NCBI GenBank assembly: GCA_963796285.1
Contig: CAWCKW010000012.1
Location: 224,001 to 288,000 of the forward strand
Length of the DNA stretch: 64,000 nucleotides
Direction: 5' to 3'
Source of the DNA: Nitrospirota bacterium
GTDB lineage: Bacteria > Nitrospirota > UBA9217
The translations under genes and the position numbers were made by a program. The notes under the pieces were generated by a model. The model searched no databases, was not told the origin of the DNA, and worked only from the letters and a program-made list of their open reading frames with translations. Shown in pieces: positions 46,356-57,546 of the stretch (position 1 is the first letter of the stretch; every line of letters begins with the position of its first letter).

Positions 46356-47375
46356 ATGGCAGCGGAAAATGCGGATAATAAGGACATGATGCGCGGAGAC
46401 CCATGGCTGTTCACAACGCTTAGCGAAACTGTGGGCGAAGGTGTGACCCTGAGCGACAGGACAGGCCGGTTCGCTTTGTATAACTCGAATATGAGAAAAA
46501 TAACCGGATATACCGATGCAGAGACCGGCACGTTGAATGAGTATTTGGTGCTGTTGTTTCAAGATTCTGCCGGAAGTGAGAGAGCGATGTCGGAAGTCCA
46601 TGAAATATTTCACAGAGAATGCCGCGACAGAGAGACCGTGATCCGTGCTAAAGACGGAAATTCAAAAACCGTACTTGTATCCACATCGCCTGTGGAGTAT
46701 CAGGGCGTGCATTTTCTGTTACATTCCTACCGTGACATTACCTGCAGCAAGACTGTGGAGGAAAAGCTCCTTATGGCCGAAAAACGGTATCGCGTGCTTT
46801 GTGAACAATCATTTGACGCCCTTGTGATCATCGATCCGGTAACGTTTCTTCCGATCGATTTCAACGACAAGGCACCGGGCCTTTTTGGGTATACAAAAGA
46901 AGAGTTCACCCGCATAAAATTTGATACGTTAGAAGTTCGCGGAATTTTTAGAAATAAAAGATCTCTCAATAAGCCGAAGCCTGCTGAAGAAGGGGACAAT
47001 TTTGAAACCGAAGTTCGTACGAAAAACGCGGGATTAAAGAATGTCAAAGTAAGCATGCGGATCGTCGAACTATCGGGAAAACGTTCATTCCAGTGCATCT
47101 TTCATGAGATTAGTGATAGTAAGAGTGAAGTGATCAAGAAGGACAAGGGAACTGTTGAATTGCACAACACACGTGCGAAAACCGTGATGTTGAAAGGCAC
47201 GATTCCCATCTGCTATGTTTGTAGAAAAATTTATGACGAAAAGGGCTTCTGGCGCCCGATGGAATCATCCACCAGCGAACGCTCGGATGTTTTGTTCAGT
47301 CACGAATTATGCCCGGTTTGCGAGGAAAGATTTTACCCGAAACACTTAAGTAAGCGTACACGCGAAGAAACGTAA
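46356..47375 (+). CDS. PAS-PAS protein with C-terminal CxxC...CxxC module
   Basis: Two PAS domains; IPICYVCRKI...FSHELCPVC. Confidence 0.75.
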   Translation: MAAENADNKDMMRGDPWLFTTLSETVGEGVTLSDRTGRFALYNSNMRKITGYTDAETGTLNEYLVLLFQDSAGSERAMSEVHEIFHRECRDRETVIRAKDGNSKTVLVSTSPVEYQGVHFLLHSYRDITCSKTVEEKLLMAEKRYRVLCEQSFDALVIIDPVTFLPIDFNDKAPGLFGYTKEEFTRIKFDTLEVRGIFRNKRSLNKPKPAEEGDNFETEVRTKNAGLKNVKVSMRIVELSGKRSFQCIFHEISDSKSEVIKKDKGTVELHNTRAKTVMLKGTIPICYVCRKIYDEKGFWRPMESSTSERSDVLFSHELCPVCEERFYPKHLSKRTREET

Positions 47376-47459
47376 GCGAGAATCGACACGGTTGATCAAC
47401 AATGAAGCAATACAGTCGGAGTCACTCAACGCGTGATGAGACAACAAAAAGGTGATGGC

Positions 47460-47903
47460 ATGAGTATCAGAGTTCTTCTTGCTGATGATCACAAGCTGTT
47501 ACGGGAGGGGCTTCGCGCTTTGATCGAAGATCAGCCGCAAATGGAAGTGATCGCGGAGGCGGAAGACGGGCTGACTGCGCTGCAGCTTGTTGGTGAATTA
47601 TCGCCCGACGTCGTCGTCATGGACATTTCCATGCCTCGAATGAACGGCATGGAAGCCACCCGTCAAATCATTTCCACGGCCCCCGGCGTTAAAGTCCTTG
47701 CACTGTCAATGCATGACGATGATCGATTTGTGGAGGAGATGCGTAACGCGGGCGCATCCGGCTATTTGTTGAAAGATTGTGCTTTTGATGAATTGATTCA
47801 TGCCATTCATGCTGTGGTCGAACAGGGAACGTACTTAAGTCCGAAGATAAACGTTCCGAGAGATTGTCAACGAGCCGCCGTCGGCAGAGATATTGTGAGG
47901 TGA
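47460..47903 (+). CDS. Stand-alone receiver, paralog of 45449 lacking the HTH
   Basis: MSIRVLLADDHKLLREGL...YLSPKI, then stop. Confidence 0.85.
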   Translation: MSIRVLLADDHKLLREGLRALIEDQPQMEVIAEAEDGLTALQLVGELSPDVVVMDISMPRMNGMEATRQIISTAPGVKVLALSMHDDDRFVEEMRNAGASGYLLKDCAFDELIHAIHAVVEQGTYLSPKINVPRDCQRAAVGRDIVR

Positions 47904-47907
47904 ACAC

Positions 47908-49221
47908 ATGAAACACCCGTTGCATATACTTCACCTGGAAGAGAATGCCAAGGATGCCGAGCGTATTCGGAGAAACCTCGCAGAAGCGGAAATGGCGTGT
48001 GAGGTAACGAGGGTCGAGACGCTTAGGGATTTCGAAGCGGCCCTGGGACAGGGCGGGTTTGATCTCATCCTGACTAATTATTCCCCTCCTGCATTTGACG
48101 GACTTTCCGCGTTGAACATCGTAAAAGAGCGGCGACCGGAGATGCCCTTTATATTCGTAACGGGGTGGTTTGAAGAAGAAGCGGCCATTGAGGCCGTCAA
48201 ACAGGGGGCAACGGATTATGTGTATAAGCATCGGCTGTCCCCACGGCTCGTGTCCGCGGTTAAACGCGCGCTGGCGGAGGCGGATGAAAAAAAAGCGCGC
48301 AGAATTGCGGAAGAGGAGATGACGGAAACCGTAACGCGGTATCGGGCGCTATACGAAAAGGCCCTTCATTGCATATACGTCCATGATCTTGACGGAAACT
48401 TCCTGGACGCGAATGAAGCGGCTCTAAACCTACTGGGCTACACCAAGAACGAAGTCCTGTCCCTCAACATAATGTCCCTCATTGATAAGAACCAATTGCC
48501 CATGGTATTCAAGACGATCAATGAGATCAGGGAGCGAGGGTCGCAAAAATCCCCCAGACAGTTCAAGTTAAGAAAGAAAAACGGAGAAGATGTCTGGCTG
48601 GAAACGGATGCATGCCTTATATGCCGGAACGAAAAGCCTTACGCCATTCAGGGGATCGCCCTCGACATCACCGTACGGAAACGGTTGGAGTGGGAATTGC
48701 GTAAACTGTCGCTCATCGACAGCCTTACCGGGCTGTATAACCGGCGGGGTTTTTTCACGCATGCCGAACATCAAATGAAGATTGTCAATCGGACAAAAAA
48801 CAGGTTGACCCTGGTGTTTGCGGACGTGGATGACCTGAAGTCCATTAATGATACGCGGGGACATGGTGAGGGAGACAATGTCCTCGTGGAAACGGCAACA
48901 TTTCTGAAGACGGTATTTCGGGAATCGGACATTATCGCCCGCGTCGGCGGCGATGAATTCGTTGTTCTGGCGCTTGAGAACACCGGCACGGACGCGGCAT
49001 CGGGCTTGGTTCGCCTGACGGCAAATCTCGAAGCATTCAACTCCTCGCGGAACAGCGTCGAGCCGTTGTCGATCAGCGTGGGCTTCGCCTGCTATCAGCC
49101 AGATCAACCCTGTTCCATCGATGAGCTGCTCGCCCAGGCGGACAGGCTGATGTATAAGCAGAAGGGTGAAAAACGTCGGTACATCGTGGAGAACGGCGGA
49201 ACCGTTTACTCCGACTCATGA
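47908..49221 (+). CDS. Diguanylate cyclase REC-PAS-GGDEF
   Basis: DSLTGLYNRR, RESD I-site, GGDEF. Confidence 0.92.
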   Translation: MKHPLHILHLEENAKDAERIRRNLAEAEMACEVTRVETLRDFEAALGQGGFDLILTNYSPPAFDGLSALNIVKERRPEMPFIFVTGWFEEEAAIEAVKQGATDYVYKHRLSPRLVSAVKRALAEADEKKARRIAEEEMTETVTRYRALYEKALHCIYVHDLDGNFLDANEAALNLLGYTKNEVLSLNIMSLIDKNQLPMVFKTINEIRERGSQKSPRQFKLRKKNGEDVWLETDACLICRNEKPYAIQGIALDITVRKRLEWELRKLSLIDSLTGLYNRRGFFTHAEHQMKIVNRTKNRLTLVFADVDDLKSINDTRGHGEGDNVLVETATFLKTVFRESDIIARVGGDEFVVLALENTGTDAASGLVRLTANLEAFNSSRNSVEPLSISVGFACYQPDQPCSIDELLAQADRLMYKQKGEKRRYIVENGGTVYSDS

Positions 49222-49397
49222 GACTGGTGATTATCATGACCTCACAATTTACAGATTGCATGCCGACAGAACGAAACTGTCGGAGGATCGGGACAAGATG
49301 ACCGGCCGGCGGATGAGGTGGATTTGCCATAATATATTTGGCGTAACTGCGGATAATCGTCGTAAATAATAATATCGCCAGGGGGGGACAGAACATC

Positions 49398-50924
49398 ATG
49401 ACGTCGGGCCCGAGAATTCTCTGCGTTGATGATAGCAAAACGATCCGCAATATCCTTGAGGAGTTTCTTGTCTCGAATGGATATGAAGTCATCCTTTCGG
49501 AGAACGGCGAGCAAGCCCTGGAAATCATCAATGCACAGAAGATCGACCTTGTGCTCCTTGATGTGATACTGCCGAAATTGAACGGTTACGAGGTATGCAA
49601 GAGGATCAAGAACGACGAGCGGCAGCGGAACATCCCTGTCGCGATAGTGACCCGTCTGACGTCGAAGGAGGAACGCATCAGGGGCATTGAAGCAGGGGCG
49701 GAGGATTTCATCAACAAACCCTTCGATCAGACGGAAATTCTCTCCCGGATCAGAATGCTTCTCAAGATGAAGAATCTCCATGACAGCCTTGATTCTGCCT
49801 ATGACACAATAACGGCCCTGACCGGGTTCGGCAAAAAGATGGTACTGTCGTTCGACCCGCTGAATTACAATATCATTTCCTCGTTCGACGTAATCGTCAA
49901 TAATATCATGCTGAAAACGCACAATTCAGCGAACAAACCGAAAATGGTCATTGTCGGTTATATCGACGAAAACAACGCATGGCAATGGCACCTGTTTGAA
50001 TCTTTTTATAAGAGCATCAACAGGATTTGGATAAAACTCGATATCCATAACTGCTTGAATCTTTCCGGAAATTCCGATACAGGCCGGTTGAAGACATTTT
50101 ATAATACGGACGATCTTAATGATGTCGACATACGTTCCCTGGTTGCAAAAATGGAACAAATTTCCGTCATGGTGTCGAATGTGGTTTGTTTCGTGGAAAA
50201 TGCGTTCTGTGTATTCGCACTCAACTATGATAAACAAGTGTCCCGCTATGAAGCCGAGGTACTGAACAGCATCGCCATGCAGAGCCTGTTTATGAAATCC
50301 CTTGCTTCCCAGGTGAAGGAAACGGAGGATTCCTTTGATTATCTCGTTCGCGCCCTCGCACGGGCGTCTGAAACAAATGATGAGGGCACGGGGAACCATG
50401 TCATGCGGGTCGGCGAATACTGTGCGGTTATTGCAAAGGAACTTAACCTCTCCGATAAATTCATCAAGAATATCCGTATTCAGGCCACTTTACACGATGT
50501 GGGTAACCTCCACGTTCGCCCTGATATCCTCAAAAAGGCCGGGAAGCTGACACCGAAGGAATATGAGGAGATGAAGAACCATACCATTTCCGGGGCAACA
50601 ATACTGGGTGACCATGTGAGGTTGTCTCTGGCAAAAAAGGTGGTGCTGTCACACCACGAGCGTTGGGACGGGAGCGGGTACCCATATGGATTGAAAGGGG
50701 AACAGATACCGATCGAGGCAAGGATAATGAACATCGCGGACCAGTATGATGCCCTGCGGAATGCACGGGTGTACAAACCCAGTTTTGATCATTCGAGGAC
50801 ATATGCCATCCTCACCGAGGGCGACGGAAGAACCATGCCCAATCACTTCGACCCGCAGGTGCTCCACGCATTCAAGAATACGGCCTCTCAATTCGAAGAT
50901 ATTTATGAGAAAATGAGAGGGTAA
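49398..50924 (+). CDS. REC-HD-GYP phosphodiesterase
   Basis: LLDVILP, LHDVG, HHERWDGSGYP. Confidence 0.92.
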   Translation: MTSGPRILCVDDSKTIRNILEEFLVSNGYEVILSENGEQALEIINAQKIDLVLLDVILPKLNGYEVCKRIKNDERQRNIPVAIVTRLTSKEERIRGIEAGAEDFINKPFDQTEILSRIRMLLKMKNLHDSLDSAYDTITALTGFGKKMVLSFDPLNYNIISSFDVIVNNIMLKTHNSANKPKMVIVGYIDENNAWQWHLFESFYKSINRIWIKLDIHNCLNLSGNSDTGRLKTFYNTDDLNDVDIRSLVAKMEQISVMVSNVVCFVENAFCVFALNYDKQVSRYEAEVLNSIAMQSLFMKSLASQVKETEDSFDYLVRALARASETNDEGTGNHVMRVGEYCAVIAKELNLSDKFIKNIRIQATLHDVGNLHVRPDILKKAGKLTPKEYEEMKNHTISGATILGDHVRLSLAKKVVLSHHERWDGSGYPYGLKGEQIPIEARIMNIADQYDALRNARVYKPSFDHSRTYAILTEGDGRTMPNHFDPQVLHAFKNTASQFEDIYEKMRG

Positions 50925-51035
50925 AACGACCCCTTTATTCATCCCACGCTGAAGCGAAATACGACTGTCCTCCGCAGGGCGCTCTCTACCGCTGGTTTTT
51001 TTCTGAAAAGCAAATTCCTTCCACTCTATTTTTTC

Positions 51036-51064
51036 TTGACAATTATTTTCAATCAACGTAATCT
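51036..51064 (+). promoter_or_regulatory. sigma70-like promoter of pheST
   Basis: TTGACA-17 nt-TAATCT. Confidence 0.5.
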
Positions 51065-51076
51065 TATCCGCATCTT

Positions 51077-52645
51077 ATGGCAATACCAGACCTCATAAAA
51101 CTGCTCGAAAGTCTCCACCCGCTCGAACACAAGGTACTCCTCTCGTTTCAGCAGGGAGGGACCTTGTCTGCACCTGAACTCCTGAAAGCATCGGGCCTCG
51201 ACGAGTCCCGCCTTGACATGGCCTCAGGCTGGCTCCAGCCCAAGGGGCTTGCTCGAGGTAAAGGACGAATCCATCACCTCGCTTGTTTCACTTACCGAAA
51301 CAGGAAGGGAATACCTGGAAAAAGGCACTCCCGAGATGAGGATCATCAGCGCCCTCCGTGAAGGAAAACAGTTTACGGTCAAAGACATCATCCAGACCTG
51401 GGGTATGGACCCGTCCGAAGTGAGTTCTGCTGTTGGAGCGCTCAAAGAGGCGAAGGTCGTGCAGATCGCCCAGGGCGGCATCCTCGCTCTTGATCGCTGG
51501 GGCCGACATCTCGGTCATATGAGTTTCTGCCGGCTCTTATCAAGACCGTGGCCGGGAAGGATCAGAGTGATCTGACCTCGTTCTCCGAAGCCCAGCAGGC
51601 TGCGATCAATGCAAACTTCCACAAGCGCGGAAAGTCCAAAGGTCTCTTCCGCATCAGTGAAAAGAAAAATCGCATATACACGCTTACCAGTGACGGGCAG
51701 GCATTGCTCCATCTGATCGAGGAACGCGGTGTTGTTGCCGAAGAGGCTTCAATGCTCACTCCTGAGATGCTGAAGCAGGGTACCTGGAAGAACAAAAAGT
51801 TCCGCGCTTACAATATCGCGCTCAACCCCCCGCGCCAGAGCATCGGCAGGAAGCATCCCTACAAAGAGTTCCTCGATTTCGTGAAATACAAGTTCGTCGG
51901 CATGGGGTTCGAGGAGATGCGCGGGCCGCTCGTGGAGAACGAGTTCTGGGACATGGACGCATTGTACATGCCGCAGTTCCATCCGGCACGGAACATTCAC
52001 GATGTATATTTCGTAAAAGAACCCGCGGTGTGCAGGGAGATCGAGTCCCCGTTTGGAAAGAACGTGGCCGCGGCACACAAGGACGGCGGCAAGACCGGGT
52101 CGACCGGCTGGCGTTATCCGTTTGATATCGAACGCGCAAAGCGGCTGATCCTCCGCAGCCAGGGGACGGCCGTATCGGCGCGCACGCTTGCATCGGGACC
52201 GAAGGTCCCGGGGAAATACTTTTCCATCGCGCGCTGTTTCCGGTATGACTCGGTTGATGCCACTCATGCGCCTGACTTCTACCAGGTGGAGGGCATTGTG
52301 CTCGGCGAGGACATCAATTTCAGGGCGCTGCTCGGGCTCCTGCAGCTCTTTGGGCAGGAGATCGCCAAGGCGGGGGAGTTCCAGTTCAGGCCGGCCTATT
52401 TCCCGTTCACCGAGCCTTCGGTGGAACTGCACGTGAAGCACCCCGAACTCGGCTGGATGGAACTCGGCGGGGCGGGCATCTTCAGACCCGAGGTCACCAA
52501 GCCGCTTGGCGTGGATGTACCGGTGATCGCCTGGGGCCTCGGCCTCGACCGCATGGCCATGGTGGCGCTCGGGATCAGGGATATCCGCGATCTGTTCTCG
52601 AGGGACCTGGATTTCATAAGAACGAAAAAAATACAATTGGGATGA
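51077..52645 (+). CDS. pheS: Phenylalanine--tRNA ligase alpha, long archaeal type, frameshifted
   Basis: PQFHPAR, FRYDSVDATH, YFPFTEPS, WGLGLDR; long N-terminal extension. Confidence 0.93.
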
Positions 52646-52648
52646 TAT

Positions 52649-52744
52649 ACCACGGATACACACGGATAAGCACGGATACAGGAATCAGAAAATATGGTGT
52701 TAAGAATCCTTCTGATCCATGACCATCCGTGATCATCCGTGGTT
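52649..52744. repeat. Periodic inverted-repeat element at pheS/pheT junction
   Basis: (CACGGATAnn)x3 ... (ATCC[A/G]TGnnn)x3 with a 10-nt period. Confidence 0.85.
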
Positions 52745-52761
52745 AACAATGTATTTAAACT

Positions 52762-54466
52762 ATGCCTACAATCGACATAAAAAAACGCGACCTCGACACC
52801 CTCATCGGGAAAAAGCTCTCTATTGCCGTCCTTGAGAAGAAGCTGATGCTCGCCAAGGCTGAACTGAAGGAGTACAACGCGGAGACCGACGAACTCAAGG
52901 TCGAGCTGTCGGACAGCAACCGGCCGGACCTCTGGTCCGCAGAAGGTATTGCGCGCCAGATCCGCATCGCATTGTCCGGCAAGCCTGAAACCTATCCCTT
53001 TTTCAAGCATGGCGGAAAGGCCAACGAGGGAGATCAGGGTCGCGAAGGGAATGAGATCCGTGAGGCCGTTCATCGCGGCCTGCACCGCGAGCGGCATCCG
53101 TATGAACGACGACGTGCTGGCGCAGATGATCCAGAGCCAGGACAAACTCTCGGAGATCTTCGGCAGGAAGCGGACCACGGTATCGATCGGCATCTATGAG
53201 CTCGACCGCATCGCATTTCCGGTGGACTACCGGCTCGCGGAGCCGTCCTCTCTGTCGTTCATCCCCCTCGGCATGGATGAGAGGCTTACGCTCGCCGGTA
53301 TCCTCGAACGCCATCCCAAGGGCATTGCCTACGGTGGTATCGTCAAGCCCTTCCCGCAGTATCCGGTGCTGACAGACAGCATGGGCCGCGTTCTCTCATT
53401 TCCTCCGATCATCAACAGCAGGGAGATCGGCGAGGTGAAGCCGAATACAAAAAATGTTCTGATCGAGGTGACGGGCACAGACCTGCGGATGACGGTGCTC
53501 ACGCTCAATATCCTTGCAACGAGCTTTTACGACCGGGGCGCGGACATCGAGCCGGTGCTGGTGACCTATCCGTATGAAACCGGGACTCGGGAAGCGCGTT
53601 ACCTTCCCCTCTGACACGTCCGGAACGTTCACGGTCCCCCTTGCTAAATTCTCAGCCGGCCTCGGTGAGGATGTTTCGTCCGCGGACGTGAAAAAACGGC
53701 TCAGTTCCTACGGCCACATCGTGAGCGCCGGACGCGGAACGCTTTCCGTACATGTGCCGCCGTATCGCGACGACATCATGCACCCCATGGACCTGGTTGA
53801 AGACTATGCCATCAGTCAGGGGTTACGATTCCTTCGAGCCGGTCATGCCGCGGCAATCGACGGTCGGATCTATTTCCCGGATCGAATTATTGTCCGATAT
53901 TGTGCGCGGCCACATGGTCGGCTCGGGTTTTCAGGAGATCATGTCGAATATTCTTTGTTCGCGGGAAGAGCTTGAATACGCCATGCCGGAGGGAGAGAAA
54001 CTGGTCGAGGTGGACAACGTGATGTCGCTTGCCTACTCCGTACTCAGGAACCGGGTTATCCCGTCACTCATGAACGTTGAAGCGGCCAGCTCAAAGGCCT
54101 TCTATCCCGCACCGGACGTTCGAGGTTGGCGAAGTCGCTGTGTTCGATAAGAAGGAGAACATGGGCTCACGCACTGACCTGAACCTGGGTGCGATCATTT
54201 CTCACCCGGCCGCCAATTTCTCGGAAATGCATTCAACGCTCGATATTTTGCTGTACTACCTCGGACTGGAATATAAACTGGAGCCATCGGAACATCCGCT
54301 CTTCATACCGGGCCGCTGCGGACGGGTGGTCACAGATGGTATTGAATTGGGTCTTATCGGGGAAGTTCGGCCCGACGTCCTCGAACTCACACAGATCACC
54401 ATGCCTTGCGCGGCCTTCGAGATCAGCCTGAACAGGGTATTGAATGCTGTGCCTGCCGGCCGCTGA
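52762..54466 (+). CDS. pheT: Phenylalanine--tRNA ligase beta, short archaeal type, frameshifted
   Basis: MPTI, NRPDLWSAEGIAR, LSFPPIINS, PPYRDDIMHPMDLVED. Confidence 0.92.
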
Positions 54467-54503
54467 CACGGTCAGCCCCATACCATCCGCAGGAGGGATC
54501 ACC

Positions 54504-54941
54504 ATGCTGAAAAAAACGGGTTTCATTTCTGTCACGGTAATGGTCACATCATTGTGCCTGTCCTCAGCTCTTCTTGCGGAGCCGAACATGCAAGAAGGCA
54601 TGTGGGAGATCAAAGGAGAAATGAAGATCGAAGGAATGCCGTTTCCCATGCCACCGGTCCCCATGGCCTACACGCAATGTCTTACCAAAAAGGACATGGT
54701 CCCTCAGAAGAAGGAGAAGGACCAGGAATGCAAGACCATCAAGAATGAGATCGCTGGTAATACAGTGACCTGGGACATGCAGTGCAAGGACAAGAACGGT
54801 ATTACGGACAGTACGGGGAAGATAACATATAAAGGCAACAGTTTCGTCGGCACAGTCCATACGGTAATGAAGGACACGGAGGGGTCAAAATCGGAATCTA
54901 CCCTGGAAATGTCCGGAAAACGTACCGGCGACTGCAAGTAG
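54504..54941 (+). CDS. Exported DUF3617-like protein
   Basis: Signal peptide; GMWEI, four Cys, C-terminal GKRTGDC. Confidence 0.75.
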   Translation: MLKKTGFISVTVMVTSLCLSSALLAEPNMQEGMWEIKGEMKIEGMPFPMPPVPMAYTQCLTKKDMVPQKKEKDQECKTIKNEIAGNTVTWDMQCKDKNGITDSTGKITYKGNSFVGTVHTVMKDTEGSKSESTLEMSGKRTGDCK

Positions 54942-54982
54942 AATTAGTTTCAATGATTGCACATGATGATTAGGATACGCAT

Positions 54983-55017
54983 AATGCTTCCCCGCGCGAG
55001 GGTGGGGCATTTTTTTT
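54983..55017 (+). terminator. Possible intrinsic terminator
   Basis: ATGCTTCCC...GGTGGGGCAT followed by a T run. Confidence 0.45.
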
Positions 55018-55062
55018 GTTGTAAAGCCGGGAGAATGAGGACAATCGCTGCCGGGAAAAGGC

Positions 55063-55091
55063 TTGACAGTGCAGGTAGGTTGGTGTAATAT
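55063..55091 (+). promoter_or_regulatory. sigma70-like promoter of lipid cluster
   Basis: TTGACA-17 nt-TAATAT. Confidence 0.55.
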
Positions 55092-55245
55092 TTCTAACTT
55101 TCTGTGATTACCTGAAAATACCTGAAATATTAAATGGTTATAGTGTTTGTTTTCAGCGGTTAAGCGAGGCTTTCGGGATTATTTTTGGTCATTGATAATC
55201 AATAATCATCAAGGACTTTCGGCTACCGGAATACGGTTGAATATC

Positions 55246-55980
55246 ATGAATAATGCGACTAAAAAGACAGCGCTGGTAGTCGGTGGAAGCCGCGGGATAG
55301 GACGCGCCATTTCGCTCAAGCTGGCGAAGTCCGGTTTCAGCATCTGGCTGACGTATAAGGGCAACCACGAGGCTGCGCAAAAAGTAAAGGCCGAGATAGT
55401 CGCATCGGGAGGCTCCTGCGAGCTTATCCCGTTCGATGTCTCGAGTTTTGAAGAGACCGAAGCCGCTTTAAGCGCGCGCCTGGAAAACCTCTCACCCGAT
55501 GTGCTCGTGTACAACTCAGGTATCTCCCGGGACAACCTCCTGATGTGGATGACCAAGGACGAGTGGGGCTCGGTCCTCGCCACGAACCTGAACGGTTTCT
55601 TCAATGTGGCACGCGCGGTGGTCTTCTCGATGCTCAAGGCGAAGCGCGGGCGCATCGTTGTCATTTCGTCCGCGTCCGGGCAGATCGGGCAGGCCGGCCA
55701 GGTAAACTATTCCGCTTCGAAGGCGGGCTTGATCGGCGCGGCCAAGGCCCTCGCGCGCGAGGTGGGGAGGAAGAACATCTTCGTAAATGTGGTGGCGCCC
55801 GGCTTTATTGATACCGAGATGACCGAGAAGATCCCGAAGGAACAGGTCCTGCCCCTGATCCCGTTAAATCGCGTGGGCACGGTCGACGATGTGGCTTCGG
55901 TCGTGAATTTTCTGTGCACGGAACAGCATATGTATATTCATGGTCAGGTGATCGGCATCAATGGCGGACTGGCGATGTAG
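55246..55980 (+). CDS. fabG: 3-oxoacyl-ACP reductase
   Basis: GGSRGIG, GQVNYSASKAG. Confidence 0.9.
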   Translation: MNNATKKTALVVGGSRGIGRAISLKLAKSGFSIWLTYKGNHEAAQKVKAEIVASGGSCELIPFDVSSFEETEAALSARLENLSPDVLVYNSGISRDNLLMWMTKDEWGSVLATNLNGFFNVARAVVFSMLKAKRGRIVVISSASGQIGQAGQVNYSASKAGLIGAAKALAREVGRKNIFVNVVAPGFIDTEMTEKIPKEQVLPLIPLNRVGTVDDVASVVNFLCTEQHMYIHGQVIGINGGLAM

Positions 55981-56041
55981 TGCTGTTCCATGGATCTTTT
56001 AATTGATAGCGCGTGCTATTTCCCGGAAATAATCGACGACA

Positions 56042-57546
56042 ATGAAAAAATATGACGATATTGTAGTTGGGAGCGGCATCAGCGGTCTGACCATGACGCT
56101 TCTGCTCGCAATGAGCGGCCATCGCGTGCTGCTGCTTGAAAAAGCCCCCCATATCGGGGGCTCCCTTGCGCGGTTCTCTAAAAAAGGGGTCGCGTTCGAC
56201 ACCGGGTTCCATTTCACGGGCGGGCTTCATGAGGGCGGCATACTCTCCAACATCCTGTCGTTCCTCGGCATACGAGAATCCATTGAGCCGATCTTTCTTT
56301 CCGAGTCGTTCAGAAATCAGTTCTTTTTTGAATCAGCAGGCAAGCGATTCGAGCTCGCCAGTGGAATTGAAAACGGCAAGAAGCATCTCACCGGGTATTT
56401 TCCGGGAGAAGCGGGCGCCATCAGCAGGTATTTTGAAAAGGTGTCGTCGGTCTGCAGCCGGACCCCGTCGCTCAATATCTTTCAGAATGAAATCGCGCAC
56501 CCGAACCTGGACGAGGATTTCATTTCTCTCGATGCCGTCCTGAACGATCTGACCGCAAATGCGGTCTTACGGGGGCTGTTGTCCGGCTATGCAATGTGCT
56601 ATGGTGTGAGACCAACTGAAATCTCCTTTGCGAACCACAGCAGGATGGTCCTGAACTTCCATGAATCCATCTCCCGCGTGAAAGACGGCGGCGATGCCTT
56701 TATTAGGGCGTTTCAGGAAAAATTCAAAGAATACGACGTGGATGTCCGCTGCGGGACCACGATCGAGGAACTGGCGGATATCCAGGGCAGCAAGGTCGGC
56801 CGCTTTGTCCTGAATACCGGTGACGAGGTTTCTGCTGATTCCTGCGTGTTCACGATACATCCGAAAGAGATATTGAACCTGCTGCCTAAGGATCATTTCA
56901 GCAAGGCGTTTGCGGGCCGCATTACCTCATTCGAATCATCAGCCGGCTTTTTTTCGGTCTTTGCAACGCTCAAGCCGGGGAGCAGGGACCCAAATCCGGA
57001 GGCATCTATCATATCGCTCTTCCCGGATGCGGACGTCAACAAACTTTTAGACCCGGCATACAAAGGAATGCCTGCGCTTGGTCATCATGAAATTGCCGGA
57101 CTCGACCCAGGGCAAGGGAGATCAGGGCATATGCATCCTTGAACCCTCATTCTTCGAGCAAGTCTCTGCCTGGAAGGATTCCCGCAGGGGAAAGAGGCCC
57201 CAGTCGTATCTCGAATATAAGCAGGCGCGCGTTGAAGCGATCAAAGAACACATTTTCAGGGTGATTCCGGGATACCGGGAAAGTCTCGATATCATTGATG
57301 CCGGATCCATGCTGACCTTCAAGGAATATCTGAACAGTCCGGATGGGAGCGCCTACGGCGTGAAACAAAAGATGGGTCAGTTTAATCTCATCGGGAAGAC
57401 TTCCGCTCCATAATCTGTATGCGGCCGGCCAGAGTTCCGTGCTGCCGGGGATTATCGGCGCGATGATGTCTTCCTTGATCGTCGGCCGGGCTGTCGTGGG
57501 AAAGGAGCAGTACGGCAAACTGCTGAGCCAGGCGTCATGTCATTGA
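56042..57546 (+). CDS. Phytoene-desaturase-like FAD oxidoreductase, frameshifted
   Basis: VVGSGISG, FDTGFHFTGG, GSAYG, NLYAAGQS..PGIIGAMMS. Confidence 0.85.
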
